Below are positions 1-8,552 of a DNA stretch of 61,115 nucleotides, piece after piece. The first letter of the stretch is position 1, and the number at the start of each line of letters is the position of its first letter. The notes beneath the pieces were generated by a model. The model ran no database searches and had not been told where the DNA came from. It saw only the letters and a program-made list of their open reading frames with translations. The stretch spans positions 1-61,115 of the forward strand of contig JAATFM010000291.1 of the NCBI GenBank assembly GCA_015655195.1, written 5' to 3'. Source of the DNA: Terriglobales bacterium (lineage in GTDB: Bacteria > Acidobacteriota > Terriglobia > Terriglobales > Acidobacteriaceae). Both the position numbers and the translations under genes were made by a program.

Positions 1-501
1 GATGCCGCGGCCTGTGAGCGCGTCGTCTTCGCCCGTGATATTGATGCAGGAGTGATGGCCGCGATGGTGCAGAATGCGCCACATATACGAGCTGATTCCG
101 CAGAGATCGAAGACATAGTTCAGCGTCTTGTTGACCGACGGCACGGACGAGATGGCGTTATGGTTGCTGTCGTGGGCAATGTTCAGCAAAAGAAACGTCT
201 GTGCAAGGCCGCTCAAAACGTAGAGCGCTGCAAACTTCCAGGAATCCGGCCGGAGCGCGTAGATGGCAATCCAACTGCCCAGCAGCACAGCCAGACCCGA
301 TGCGATCTTGACCCACATTGTGCGGTCGGCTTTGGGAGAGAGATTCCGGTCGGCAAAGAAACGGTCGAGCCGATGGCGCAGGACTTTAGGAAAGGAAGCC
401 GCGCCTGTAGGGTCGCCGATAGACTGACGCAGCACAGGCTCGGAGGGTACAAGATCGTCCAAATCCGGCTTGAGGGCCATTACCGTTTCGGTTTCAGACA
501 T
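1..501 (-). CDS. Membrane fatty acid desaturase (acyl-CoA/linoleoyl-CoA desaturase-like); 5' part only, runs off the window
   Basis: Not in the ORF track. Manual translation from ATG at 501 (GGAGG upstream) gives MSETETVMALKP...LLLNIAHDSNHNAIS...SYMWRILHHRGHHSCINITGEDD. It has His boxes HDxxH and HHxxHH plus hydrophobic helices, and is open to the window edge. Confidence 0.88.
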   Translation of the reverse strand, partial: MSETETVMALKPDLDDLVPSEPVLRQSIGDPTGAASFPKVLRHRLDRFFADRNLSPKADRTMWVKIASGLAVLLGSWIAIYALRPDSWKFAALYVLSGLAQTFLLLNIAHDSNHNAISSVPSVNKTLNYVFDLCGISSYMWRILHHRGHHSCINITGEDDALTGRGI

Positions 502-857
502 CCCCTGCGCCTCCGCCAAATTCTGTTGAGTCGGTCCGGCGCGTCGGAATCCATAGAATCTGGGTCAGTATGATCGGTGGCTCAGCCCGGAAGCAGGCCA
601 GCAGCGAATCTATCGCCCGCCGCCGCAGCGTCGAAAGCTGATACTAGCGCGAAAACTCGTGCAGAATCAAGCTAATTCGAATGCCGGAACCGCCTTGCGC
701 TTCGAATCCTGTCGGGTATTGCCTCATGCTCTGGTAACATTAACCAACTGGATCGAGCGACGCCGAGGCGCGGAGTCTTCGTGCCCTTATTCTCAAACTC
801 GCCCTACGCTCCAATTCCGCGCTCTGAAACTCCGCAGTATTTCACGTCACCGGGATC

Positions 858-915
858 CCTGAACAGCCAGACCTGAACAGCGAGACACGGAGAAGCGAGA
901 TACGGTGAAGCGAGA
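858..915 (+). repeat. Degenerate 14-15 bp tandem repeat x4 in the FAAL leader
   Basis: CCTGAACAGCCAGA / CCTGAACAGCGAGA / CACGGAGAAGCGAGA / TACGGTGAAGCGAGA. Confidence 0.6.
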
Positions 916-979
916 AGCTTCGTATTTTCTCTGCGTATTAAGTTTTTCCATTCAACCTTGGGGGTATTGCTGATTAACT

Positions 980-3900
980 ATGGCGTCGATCTTGGACCAA
1001 CTGGATAGGTTGGGGGATGAGCACCCAAACAAACTCCTTTACTCGTATATCGACCTGAACGGCAATCCCGTCGAAAGCTACACTTATGCGTCATTTCTGC
1101 ACCGGACGAAGGCGATTGCCGGACACCTGCGGAAGCAGCATCATTTCGCGCCAGAGGACCGTGTTTTGCTCGCCTATCCGGCGGGGCTGGAAATGATTTG
1201 CGCGTTTTTCGGCTGCGTCCGCGCCGGGTTGATTCCCGTGCCCGTCTATCCCCCAAGCTCCCGCGGCTTCCAGAGCGCCCTCTACAAAATGGTGCATATC
1301 GCCAAGGATTGCCAGGCTGTGGCAATTTTGACGAGCAAGGACTATCACGCTTCGCTGAAGACGAATCTCGCCAGAAGCGGAGTCGCGGCTTCCGGCGTTG
1401 ATGTGGACTATATTTCCGGCCTCCCGTGGATCGTCACTGAAGACTTTGTGAATCCAATTCCGGACGAACATTCCAACGGCGCGTCGAATGGTGTGTCAAA
1501 CGGTGCCTCTCGCGCCGCTTTCAACGGAACTGCGAACGGCGCCTCCCACGCCACGTCGAATGGTGCGTCGAACGGTACCTCTCACGCCACGTCGCACGAC
1601 ATCTCGAAGATTCTCTTTCTCCAGTACACCTCCGGGTCCACGATGGAGCCCAAAGGCGTCATGGTGACGCACCAGAACATCCTTGAGACCTGCCCGCTCG
1701 TCATCGATCACCCCTCGCCGGTTGTCGTCTCGTGGCTTCCGCAGTATCACGACATGGGGTTGATCGGGTGCTATCTTTATCCCGCGCTGCGGGGCGGCAC
1801 GACCTACGGCTTTTCGCCCACGGATTTCATTCAGCGGCCCATCCTGTGGTTCGACACCATACATACCTATCGCGCCACTGCGACCGCTGCTCCGAATTTC
1901 GCCTACGACTATTGCCTGCGCGCCGGGAGACTTTCCAAAGAGAGCATGGAAGGTTGCGACCTCAGCTCGCTCCGCGTGTTGATGTGCGCTGCGGAACCCG
2001 TCAAGCCCGATACATTTATGCGCTTTCTTGAGGCATTTCAACCCTACGGACTCAAGTCGGAAAGTTTTTACGCAGCCTACGGTCTGGCCGAAAACACCCT
2101 GGCGGTTTCGCTCGGCGGGCGCAATATCGTCTCCGTCAACAAGCGCGCCCTCGCCTTGGGCAAAGCGCGCATGACGACCGAAGTCTCCGAAATCGATGCC
2201 TCCGCGCAGATTGTCAGTTGCGGAACTCCGCTTCCGGGCATCGATGTCAAGATCGTGGACCCGGAGCAGCACGTCGCGCTCGCGCCGGGCCATGTCGGCG
2301 AAATCTGGCTTGCCGGAAGCGGCAAGTGCATGGGTTATTGGAACAACCCGGAACTGACGCAGAAGCAGTTTCGCGCCCGCCTGGTGGACGACAGCCCCTA
2401 TGACGACGGCTATCTTCGTACCGGCGACATGGGATTCTTCCACGACGGCGAGCTTTTCGTCTGCGGCCGCATCAAGGACATGATTATCCTGCGCGGGCAG
2501 AACTATTACCCGCAGGATATTGAGAACGTTGTCGAGCGGGCGTCGAGCCTGATCCGCGGCAACTGCGTCGCAGCGTTCCAGATTCACGAGGACAGCGAGC
2601 CTGCGCTGGCAATCGTTGCCGAGGTGAAAAATCCCAAGGCGATTCCCGATGCGCGCAAGATTGCCGCTGCGGTCCGGAATTATCTCAACGTGGAAGTGGC
2701 ATTGATCTCTTTCATCGCGCCCCGCGCGATACCGCGAACCAGCTCCGGCAAGATCATGCGTCATCGGGCCAGGCAGATGTGGCAGGAGGGCCTGTTCACC
2801 GTTCTCACCGATTATTCGCGCGAGAAGGACGCCGGGGCATCCGCGTCCGCTACGGATATTCAGTCGTCCTTCGGCGTATTGAAGGCGCGATACAACCTTA
2901 CCGGCAACGAATCCTACAACCTCGTCGAGGCCGGGCTTGATTCGCTGGACCTTGTTGTCTTCATGCACGAGCTTAAGGAACTGCTGAAGGACAAGGGCGC
3001 CGAGATGTTGGCGCGACAAGTTGACATCGGCGTCATTCAGCGTGTTAGCGTAGCCGAACTCTTTCAACTGGCCGAACAGTTGGAGCGTGTGCCGGAAGAA
3101 GCGCTGGTTCAGTTGCGGCATTCGCTGGCAGCCTTCCGAGAAGAACAGCGCGCTGCCGAGAAGCAGATGATGAGCGACGACACGAAGCTCGTTTTCACGC
3201 CTCCAACGCCTGCACCGCTGCCCGCTGCGCCGACCGTGAATCGCGTGCTGCTGACAGGCGGCACCGGCTTCATCGGGCCGTTCCTTATCAAGAGCCTGCT
3301 GGAGCAGACTCGAGCCAAGATTCATGTTCTCGTTCGGGCTTCGGACGAAGTTCAGGGAATGCAGAGACTCAAGGCGGCAATGGAATCGATGGGGCCGTGC
3401 GCTCCGGGGTTGATGCAGATGTTCGAGGCTCGCGTGACGCCTGTTTGTGGTGATCTGGGCCAGCCGAGCCTGGGCTTGGCGCAGGAGCTATGGGATTTCC
3501 TCGCCAGTGAAGTCGATACGGTCTTTCACAACGGCGCAACCGTGAACTACCTCTTCAACTACGACCGAATGCGCGACGCCAACGTGCTGGGAACGAACGA
3601 GGCTCTGCGGCTCGCGTTTGAAGGGCGGACGAAGAGCTTCAATTACGTTTCGACGACCTTTGTCTTTGGCTGGGCCGTGAAAAGCGTCCTCTACGAGACG
3701 GACAGCAATCAGGACATGGAGCTTCTCGACTTCGGATACAGCCAGTCGAAATGGGTGGCGGAGCAGGTGGTGGACGACGCGCGCAGCAAGGGGCTTCCCG
3801 TGCGTATCTTCCGGCCCGCGCTCGTTAGCCCCTCCATTAACGGCGGCGGCAACAACTTCGACATCGCCGTTCGCCTGGTTGCGTTCATGATTAATCACGG

Positions 3901-4396
3901 CATCGGAGTCGATGCTTTGAACCAGGTCAGCTTCACTCCCGCCGACATTGTAGCCAACAACATTGTCGCCATTTCAACGACGCCGGGCACGGAGAACAAG
4001 ACTTACCATATTGTGCGCGACGATTATGCGAACATGCTGGACATTACCGGCCTCATTACCAAGGCGACCGGGCGGCAATTCGACATTTTCAGCGTGAAGG
4101 ATTTCGTTCCCGAGCTGATTCGCAGATGCCGCAAGGAAGACCTTCTCTTTCCGCTGCTCGATTTTCTGGTGGGCTCGGTGGACAACATTACCGCGATGGA
4201 GTTTAAACGCTACGACAACTCCGAGTATCAGGCAGCCCGCGACGCTTCCTCATGGGGCATCGCGGACCCGTCACTCGAAGATGTGGTCAGCGGCATCCTG
4301 AAATTCATGCACCGCAAGGGGATCATTTCGATTGCGGCCCGCGAGACTGATGCTGCCGTATCCCCCGCCGAGCGCCTTGCCTTCAAGGAAGTGTGA
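980..4396 (+). CDS. Fatty acyl-AMP ligase - carrier protein - thioester reductase (FAAL-T-R) tri-domain protein
   Basis: Adenylation motifs LQYTSGST, WLPQYHDMGLIG, YGLAENTL followed by a FAAL-type insertion before VSCG, LRTGDMG, GRIKD and PRTSSGK. Carrier motif GLDSL at about 2933-2947. Extended-SDR reductase motifs TGGTGFIG, HNGATVN, NVLGT, GYSQSKWVAE and RP. Confidence 0.92.
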   Translation: MASILDQLDRLGDEHPNKLLYSYIDLNGNPVESYTYASFLHRTKAIAGHLRKQHHFAPEDRVLLAYPAGLEMICAFFGCVRAGLIPVPVYPPSSRGFQSALYKMVHIAKDCQAVAILTSKDYHASLKTNLARSGVAASGVDVDYISGLPWIVTEDFVNPIPDEHSNGASNGVSNGASRAAFNGTANGASHATSNGASNGTSHATSHDISKILFLQYTSGSTMEPKGVMVTHQNILETCPLVIDHPSPVVVSWLPQYHDMGLIGCYLYPALRGGTTYGFSPTDFIQRPILWFDTIHTYRATATAAPNFAYDYCLRAGRLSKESMEGCDLSSLRVLMCAAEPVKPDTFMRFLEAFQPYGLKSESFYAAYGLAENTLAVSLGGRNIVSVNKRALALGKARMTTEVSEIDASAQIVSCGTPLPGIDVKIVDPEQHVALAPGHVGEIWLAGSGKCMGYWNNPELTQKQFRARLVDDSPYDDGYLRTGDMGFFHDGELFVCGRIKDMIILRGQNYYPQDIENVVERASSLIRGNCVAAFQIHEDSEPALAIVAEVKNPKAIPDARKIAAAVRNYLNVEVALISFIAPRAIPRTSSGKIMRHRARQMWQEGLFTVLTDYSREKDAGASASATDIQSSFGVLKARYNLTGNESYNLVEAGLDSLDLVVFMHELKELLKDKGAEMLARQVDIGVIQRVSVAELFQLAEQLERVPEEALVQLRHSLAAFREEQRAAEKQMMSDDTKLVFTPPTPAPLPAAPTVNRVLLTGGTGFIGPFLIKSLLEQTRAKIHVLVRASDEVQGMQRLKAAMESMGPCAPGLMQMFEARVTPVCGDLGQPSLGLAQELWDFLASEVDTVFHNGATVNYLFNYDRMRDANVLGTNEALRLAFEGRTKSFNYVSTTFVFGWAVKSVLYETDSNQDMELLDFGYSQSKWVAEQVVDDARSKGLPVRIFRPALVSPSINGGGNNFDIAVRLVAFMINHGIGVDALNQVSFTPADIVANNIVAISTTPGTENKTYHIVRDDYANMLDITGLITKATGRQFDIFSVKDFVPELIRRCRKEDLLFPLLDFLVGSVDNITAMEFKRYDNSEYQAARDASSWGIADPSLEDVVSGILKFMHRKGIISIAARETDAAVSPAERLAFKEV
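1472..1597 (+). repeat. In-frame 12-bp (SNGA/SHAT) repeat expansion inside the FAAL domain
   Basis: Encodes SNGASNGVSNGASRAAFNGTANGASHATSNGASNGTSHATSH just before the LQYTSGST motif. Confidence 0.8.
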
Positions 4397-4413
4397 GCGG
4401 CTGGCTGGCTCGC

Positions 4414-4438
4414 AGCCGCGTTGAAAAGGCGCGGCTTT
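4414..4438 (+). terminator. Putative intrinsic terminator after FAAL-T-R
   Basis: AGCCGCGT-loop-GCGCGGCT followed by a short T run. Confidence 0.5.
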
Positions 4439-4606
4439 AGAGCATTTTCCGTAATGGTACGGAGTCTCGGGTGCCCCACATCTCAAAGAGATGTGGAAAA
4501 AGACCTTGACTCACCATGATGATCGGGTGCCCCACCCTCGCCGGGTCTTTGTTTTTCCGGCTAGGGTGGGATACAAAACCCCCTCTACAGCAATAGGAGA
4601 ACTGCT
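4438..4606 (+). mobile_element. MITE-like element, TAGAGCA...TGCT(CTA) shell carrying two GGGTGCCCCA-type REP hairpins (copy 1)
   Basis: Ends TAGAGCATTTTCC ... GGAGAACTGCT. Internal hairpins are CCACATCTC-AAA-GAGATGTGG and CCCACCCT-CGCCGG...CCGGC-TAGGGTGGG. Direct repeat of 5511-5683. Confidence 0.75.
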
Positions 4607-4619
4607 GGTTCCTGGTCGC

Positions 4620-5411
4620 CTACTGCTTCTGAAATACCAGCTTCTCGGTCACGTGCTGGCCGGTTTCGAGAGTGCCGGTGGTGGTGAGCGTCATCTGCCT
4701 GCCATCGCCGGAGACAACCCACCTGTCCTTTTGCGCGATCTGATTGTCCCGCTGGTAAATCGCATCCACCGTGTGCGGATCGACAAGCTGTAGCGTCACG
4801 GTGTCGTTGCGGGAGTTTTTCAGATCGTATTGTTTGCCGTCGAAACGTGCGGTGTAGGTGTAATCGCCTGAAAAACGGACCCCTCCCGTTCCATCCGGCT
4901 CGATCTTGAGCGCCAATCCCTGCCGCATACGGGTCTTGCTCATATCCTGCGTCCACTCGCCTGCCAGCGGGTCGCCGACTGCCTTCGCGCCACCGCTTCG
5001 CTCCCACACGGTGATCTGGTCGGCGCGGCCTTGGCGTGTGGTTGTGATCGTCAATTCTTTCCCATCGCTCGAAAGCTTGTTGCGAACCGTTGCCACCAGG
5101 GCGCCATCTTTTGTTTCCGTGACTTCGACCTGTTTTTTATCAATTCTATGCAGCTTGATTTGATTGAAGCCCAGATTGCCGGGCGCGGGAGTGTCGTGTC
5201 CGTTCGACTTCGCCGTGAAATCGAAATGGGTCTCGCCGGACATGACGACATGCACCGCACCGTGCAGAGGCGTAACGGCGAGTTTGTTAGGAGGATTGAG
5301 CGCAGACTGCGCGGAGACGAGCGTCCAGGAGCCAACGCGGGGATCTTGCTGAGCGTTTGCAGTTCCAGATTGAACAGCGACAACCAGGGCGAGCAATGCA
5401 AATTTAAGAAT
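4620..5411 (-). CDS. Secreted protein with two tandem lipocalin-like beta-barrel repeats (possible ATT start)
   Basis: Signal peptide (I)LKFALLALVVAVQSGTANA-Q. Repeats are DPRVGSW...SSDGKELTITTT and DPLAGEW...SGDGRQMTLTTT. A strong GAGGAGG precedes ATT at 5411, whereas the ORF-track start (5552) lies inside the MITE. Confidence 0.7.
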   Translation of the reverse strand: MLKFALLALVVAVQSGTANAQQDPRVGSWTLVSAQSALNPPNKLAVTPLHGAVHVVMSGETHFDFTAKSNGHDTPAPGNLGFNQIKLHRIDKKQVEVTETKDGALVATVRNKLSSDGKELTITTTRQGRADQITVWERSGGAKAVGDPLAGEWTQDMSKTRMRQGLALKIEPDGTGGVRFSGDYTYTARFDGKQYDLKNSRNDTVTLQLVDPHTVDAIYQRDNQIAQKDRWVVSGDGRQMTLTTTGTLETGQHVTEKLVFQKQ

Positions 5412-5510
5412 ATGTCCTCCTCGTCGAACGGGCTTGCCGAATGGGTTTATGGAGCGGCGGCTTATCCGACGGGACCAATCTAACAGAACCGCAGGAGTTT
5501 TTCTGGTTTC

Positions 5511-5683
5511 TAGAGCATTTCTCGTGAAGGAATAGAGTGTCGGGTGCTCCACATCTCAAAGAGATGTGGGGAAAAGGCTTTGACTCATCACAATGATCGG
5601 GTGCCCCACCCTCGCCGGGTCTTTGTTTTTCCGGCTAGGGTGGGATACAAGGCTCCTTCTACAGCAATCGGAGAACTGCTCTA
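5511..5683 (+). mobile_element. MITE-like element, TAGAGCA...TGCTCTA shell (copy 2)
   Basis: Terminal inverted repeats TAGAGCA/TGCTCTA. The segment ATGATCGGGTGCCCCACCCTCGCCGGGTCTTTGTTTTTCCGGCTAGGGTGGGATACAA is identical to copy 1. Confidence 0.8.
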
Positions 5684-5736
5684 ACGCCTTTTGGCTCAGG
5701 CATGGAATGTAAATCACCACTTAACCGGCAACGATT

Positions 5737-8016
5737 ATGTGTGAAATCATGGGTCTCATGTATGTGCGCCGTTTCTGGGTGGCCGGGGTAGTTCTTGCTG
5801 CTGCCATTGCGCTTCTTCCATTCTCATTTCACGCCGAGCGCCATCTGGAGACGGCGACCCGGGTCGAAGGCAGCGAAGCGGAAACTGTTCGGCAGGAGTT
5901 GGCCAGCCGCTTTCATTCGCCATTTGTGGATCAGGTGGTGCTGGTGATTCAGGGCCTTCCCGCCGTGGATTCGGAGGAAGGCCAGCAGGCGCTGACTCCC
6001 ATTGTGGCGGCATTGCACGAGGCTCCCGGCGTCTCCGGAGTCGTCTCCTATCTCGATCTGCGCGATTCGATTTTCGTAGGCAAGGGCGGCGGAACCTTTG
6101 TCGTAGTGGGACTTGCAGCGACCGACAGCTCCGGCAATCCTGACAACTCCGTAGAATCGCTCGTTCCAGGCCTCCATCAGCTCGCCGGCTCTCTTGAAAA
6201 TCAGTTGCGGGGCCGCTATCCATCCGCGAAGCTCGAACTGACGGGCGAGATTCCGCTCAATTTCGACATTCGCAAGGCCAGCGCTGCCGATGTGCAGCAC
6301 GGCGAAAGCCTCGTGATTCCCGCGACCCTCGTGCTGCTGTTGCTGGCCTTCGGAAGCGTAGTCGCCGCCGTGATTCCGCTGGCCATTGGCGAGCTTGCCA
6401 TCGCCTCCACCATGGCGATTGCAGGATTCCTCGCCGCCCGCTGGCATCTTTCGATTCTGGTGCAGAATCTTGCCACCATGCTTGGGCTGGGCCTGGGAAT
6501 CGACTACGCGCTGCTCATGGTCAGCCGCTTCCGGGATGCGATCTGTACCGGGTGCGACGGACCAACAGCCTCGCTGCTGGCGGCGCGTCAGGCAGGCCAC
6601 ACGCTTTTGATTTCCGCCTCGACCGTTGCTATCGGATTCCTGGCCCTCCTGGCAGTTCCCATCAGCGAAATCCGTTCCATCGGCATCGCGGGATTCCTGG
6701 TGGCGGCAATGTGCCTGCTGCTAACAAACACCCTCGTTCCGGCGGTAATGGCGCTGCTTGGCCGGAGGATTGACGCCGGCCGGTTGCCCTTTACCCCCAA
6801 GCTGGACCCGCAGCGCATGGAACGCATGGGAAAGCGCTGGCGGAGATGGGGCAAGGTGGTTGTCGCCCATCCCTGGCTTGCGCTCTTTCTGGCGGGTGTG
6901 CCGCTGCTTCTGCTCGCATGGCAAGCCGCGCAACTCGATACCAGTCTTCCCAAAGGCGATTGGCTTCCGCGGACGGCGGAATCTGTCCACGCGCTCCACA
7001 CGCTGGAGCAGATGGATCGGTCCGGCGTGGTGCAATCGCTGCGCCTGGTTGTCGAGCTGCCCACGGACTCCATTGCGCGAACCGACGCGGGGTGGAATGC
7101 GCTCGACCGCCTTAGCAAGCGGCTCGCCGCCGACCCGCGCTGCGCCCGCGCAGTTTCCATTACAACGCTGGCGGAGGGCGACCGGGCGGGGATCAGCGGC
7201 ATCTCGCGGGAAATGCACCGGACGTTCCTGAGCAGCGACGGACGGGCGGCGCTGGTGGAAGTGATGCCTGCGACCTGGGTTTCCCTGCGCCAACAGGTTG
7301 ACTGGGTGCGGGAGATCCGCAGGACCGGCGCGGCAACTCTCACCGGCGTGCCCGGCGCCACATTGCAGATTGGCGGCATCCCGGCGCTCAACGCCGACTA
7401 CCAAACCATTGTGGGAGAACACTTTCCACTGGTAACGGCGCTCGTGGTGGGGGGTACGCTCCTAGCGGTCCTATGCGGATTCCGGTCGCTTTTTGCCGCC
7501 GTGAAGGCTATTGTGCTGAACCTGCTCTCGGTTGCGGCTTCCTTTGGAGCATTGGTTCTGGTTTTTCAGGCCGGGCACGGAAGCAGCCTCTTCGGGGTTC
7601 CCGGCGGAACGGGCAGCATCTTTCCGCTGGTTCCCATCGTTGCCTTTGCCATCGTCTTCGGGCTCAGCATGGATTATGAGGTGTTTCTGGTGGCTCGGGT
7701 TCTCGAAGCCCGGCGGAGCGGTCTTAGCGAACTGGACGCAATTCCGGAGGGGATGGCGAGAACCGCGGGCCTGATTACGAGCGCCGCAGCAATCATGATC
7801 GTGGTATTCGCGGCCTTTACCTTTGGAAATTTTCTGGTCGTCAAAATGATCGGATTTACGCTGGCGGTGGCCGTGCTGATTGACGCCACGCTGGTCCGGA
7901 TTGTGATTGGCCCGGCGCTCCTCCGCATTGCGGGCGACTGGAATTGGTGGCCGGGGGGCCTCGCCACAACAGGCAAGCCGCCCTGCCTGACTGACCCCAC
8001 GGAACCACTATCGTAA
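5737..8016 (+). CDS. MMPL-family (RND) lipid transporter
   Basis: Two TM clusters with GLGLGIDYALLMVSRFR and FGLSMDYEVFLVARV, plus DATLVR, ITSAAAIM and C-terminal GDWNWWP. Confidence 0.9.
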   Translation: MCEIMGLMYVRRFWVAGVVLAAAIALLPFSFHAERHLETATRVEGSEAETVRQELASRFHSPFVDQVVLVIQGLPAVDSEEGQQALTPIVAALHEAPGVSGVVSYLDLRDSIFVGKGGGTFVVVGLAATDSSGNPDNSVESLVPGLHQLAGSLENQLRGRYPSAKLELTGEIPLNFDIRKASAADVQHGESLVIPATLVLLLLAFGSVVAAVIPLAIGELAIASTMAIAGFLAARWHLSILVQNLATMLGLGLGIDYALLMVSRFRDAICTGCDGPTASLLAARQAGHTLLISASTVAIGFLALLAVPISEIRSIGIAGFLVAAMCLLLTNTLVPAVMALLGRRIDAGRLPFTPKLDPQRMERMGKRWRRWGKVVVAHPWLALFLAGVPLLLLAWQAAQLDTSLPKGDWLPRTAESVHALHTLEQMDRSGVVQSLRLVVELPTDSIARTDAGWNALDRLSKRLAADPRCARAVSITTLAEGDRAGISGISREMHRTFLSSDGRAALVEVMPATWVSLRQQVDWVREIRRTGAATLTGVPGATLQIGGIPALNADYQTIVGEHFPLVTALVVGGTLLAVLCGFRSLFAAVKAIVLNLLSVAASFGALVLVFQAGHGSSLFGVPGGTGSIFPLVPIVAFAIVFGLSMDYEVFLVARVLEARRSGLSELDAIPEGMARTAGLITSAAAIMIVVFAAFTFGNFLVVKMIGFTLAVAVLIDATLVRIVIGPALLRIAGDWNWWPGGLATTGKPPCLTDPTEPLS

Positions 8017-8144
8017 TGTGGGACGATGGCGGGGTGGGACTCTCCTGCCGGGGCTTTTGCTCGGGTTTGCGATGGGAAAATTCTATGCAAAGTTTTCGGG
8101 GGAATTTTGCGTGGGTGAGAAGCAGCGAGTTAGCGGGTCAGCGG

Positions 8145-8204
8145 AAAGGCAACCGCAGATTCTTCGACTACGCTGCGCTTCGCGGCAGCCGCTCGGGGTT
8201 TACA
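8145..8204 (+). repeat. REP-like palindromic element (GCAGATTCTTCGACT...CGCTC type)
   Basis: AAGGCAACCGCAGATTCTTCGACTAC-GCTGCGCTTCGCGGCAGC-CGCTC is an intergenic hairpin; only one copy in the window. Confidence 0.4.
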
Positions 8205-8343
8205 GTCCCGTTCCGCGTCCCGGCGGATTGAGGGCTTGCCTCATTGCGGGTTGGGGTCGCAGTCGACCGAGCGCAGCAGTTGAAATTGCCCATCGCGGAC
8301 GGTTGATCCCACTGAATTTTCTCCTCGTTCGCAAAATGAATAC

Positions 8344-8396
8344 TTGACAGAGGGAAATTGCGAGTGAAATCTTATGCACAGCACAATCGATTGTGC
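8344..8396 (+). promoter_or_regulatory. sigma70-type promoter with LacI-family operator GCACAATCGATTGTGC
   Basis: TTGACA at 8344-8349. Perfect 16-bp palindrome at 8381-8396 with central CG, identical to the core at 18043-18058. Confidence 0.75.
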
Positions 8397-8552
8397 AATG
8401 GAGTTCCTGACGCGTTGATTGCGATATGCCTGCCGGTCTCCGCGCTTGGATTCCGGCGACAATCTGCAACAGCGGCAGGCCGTAGATACACGAGAATGAA
8501 TGCAGTCTAAAGGGAAACGCGCCACGCAATCGGTTCGAGTCGCGCAGTCGGT

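Noticed and set aside
52-573. 173-aa + strand ORF
   Set aside because: Antisense shadow of the minus-strand desaturase, which has clear His boxes.
1496-3325. Long antisense ORFs (this 609-aa one; also 24454-26256, 36645-38120, 49782-52070, 59832-60755)
   Set aside because: Typical high-GC antisense shadows of well-supported genes; no recognisable motifs.
4491-4793. ORF containing RVPHPRRVFVFPARVG, a peptide recurring in ORFs at 34065 and 56792
   Set aside because: The recurring peptide is simply the translated REP hairpin, not a protein family.
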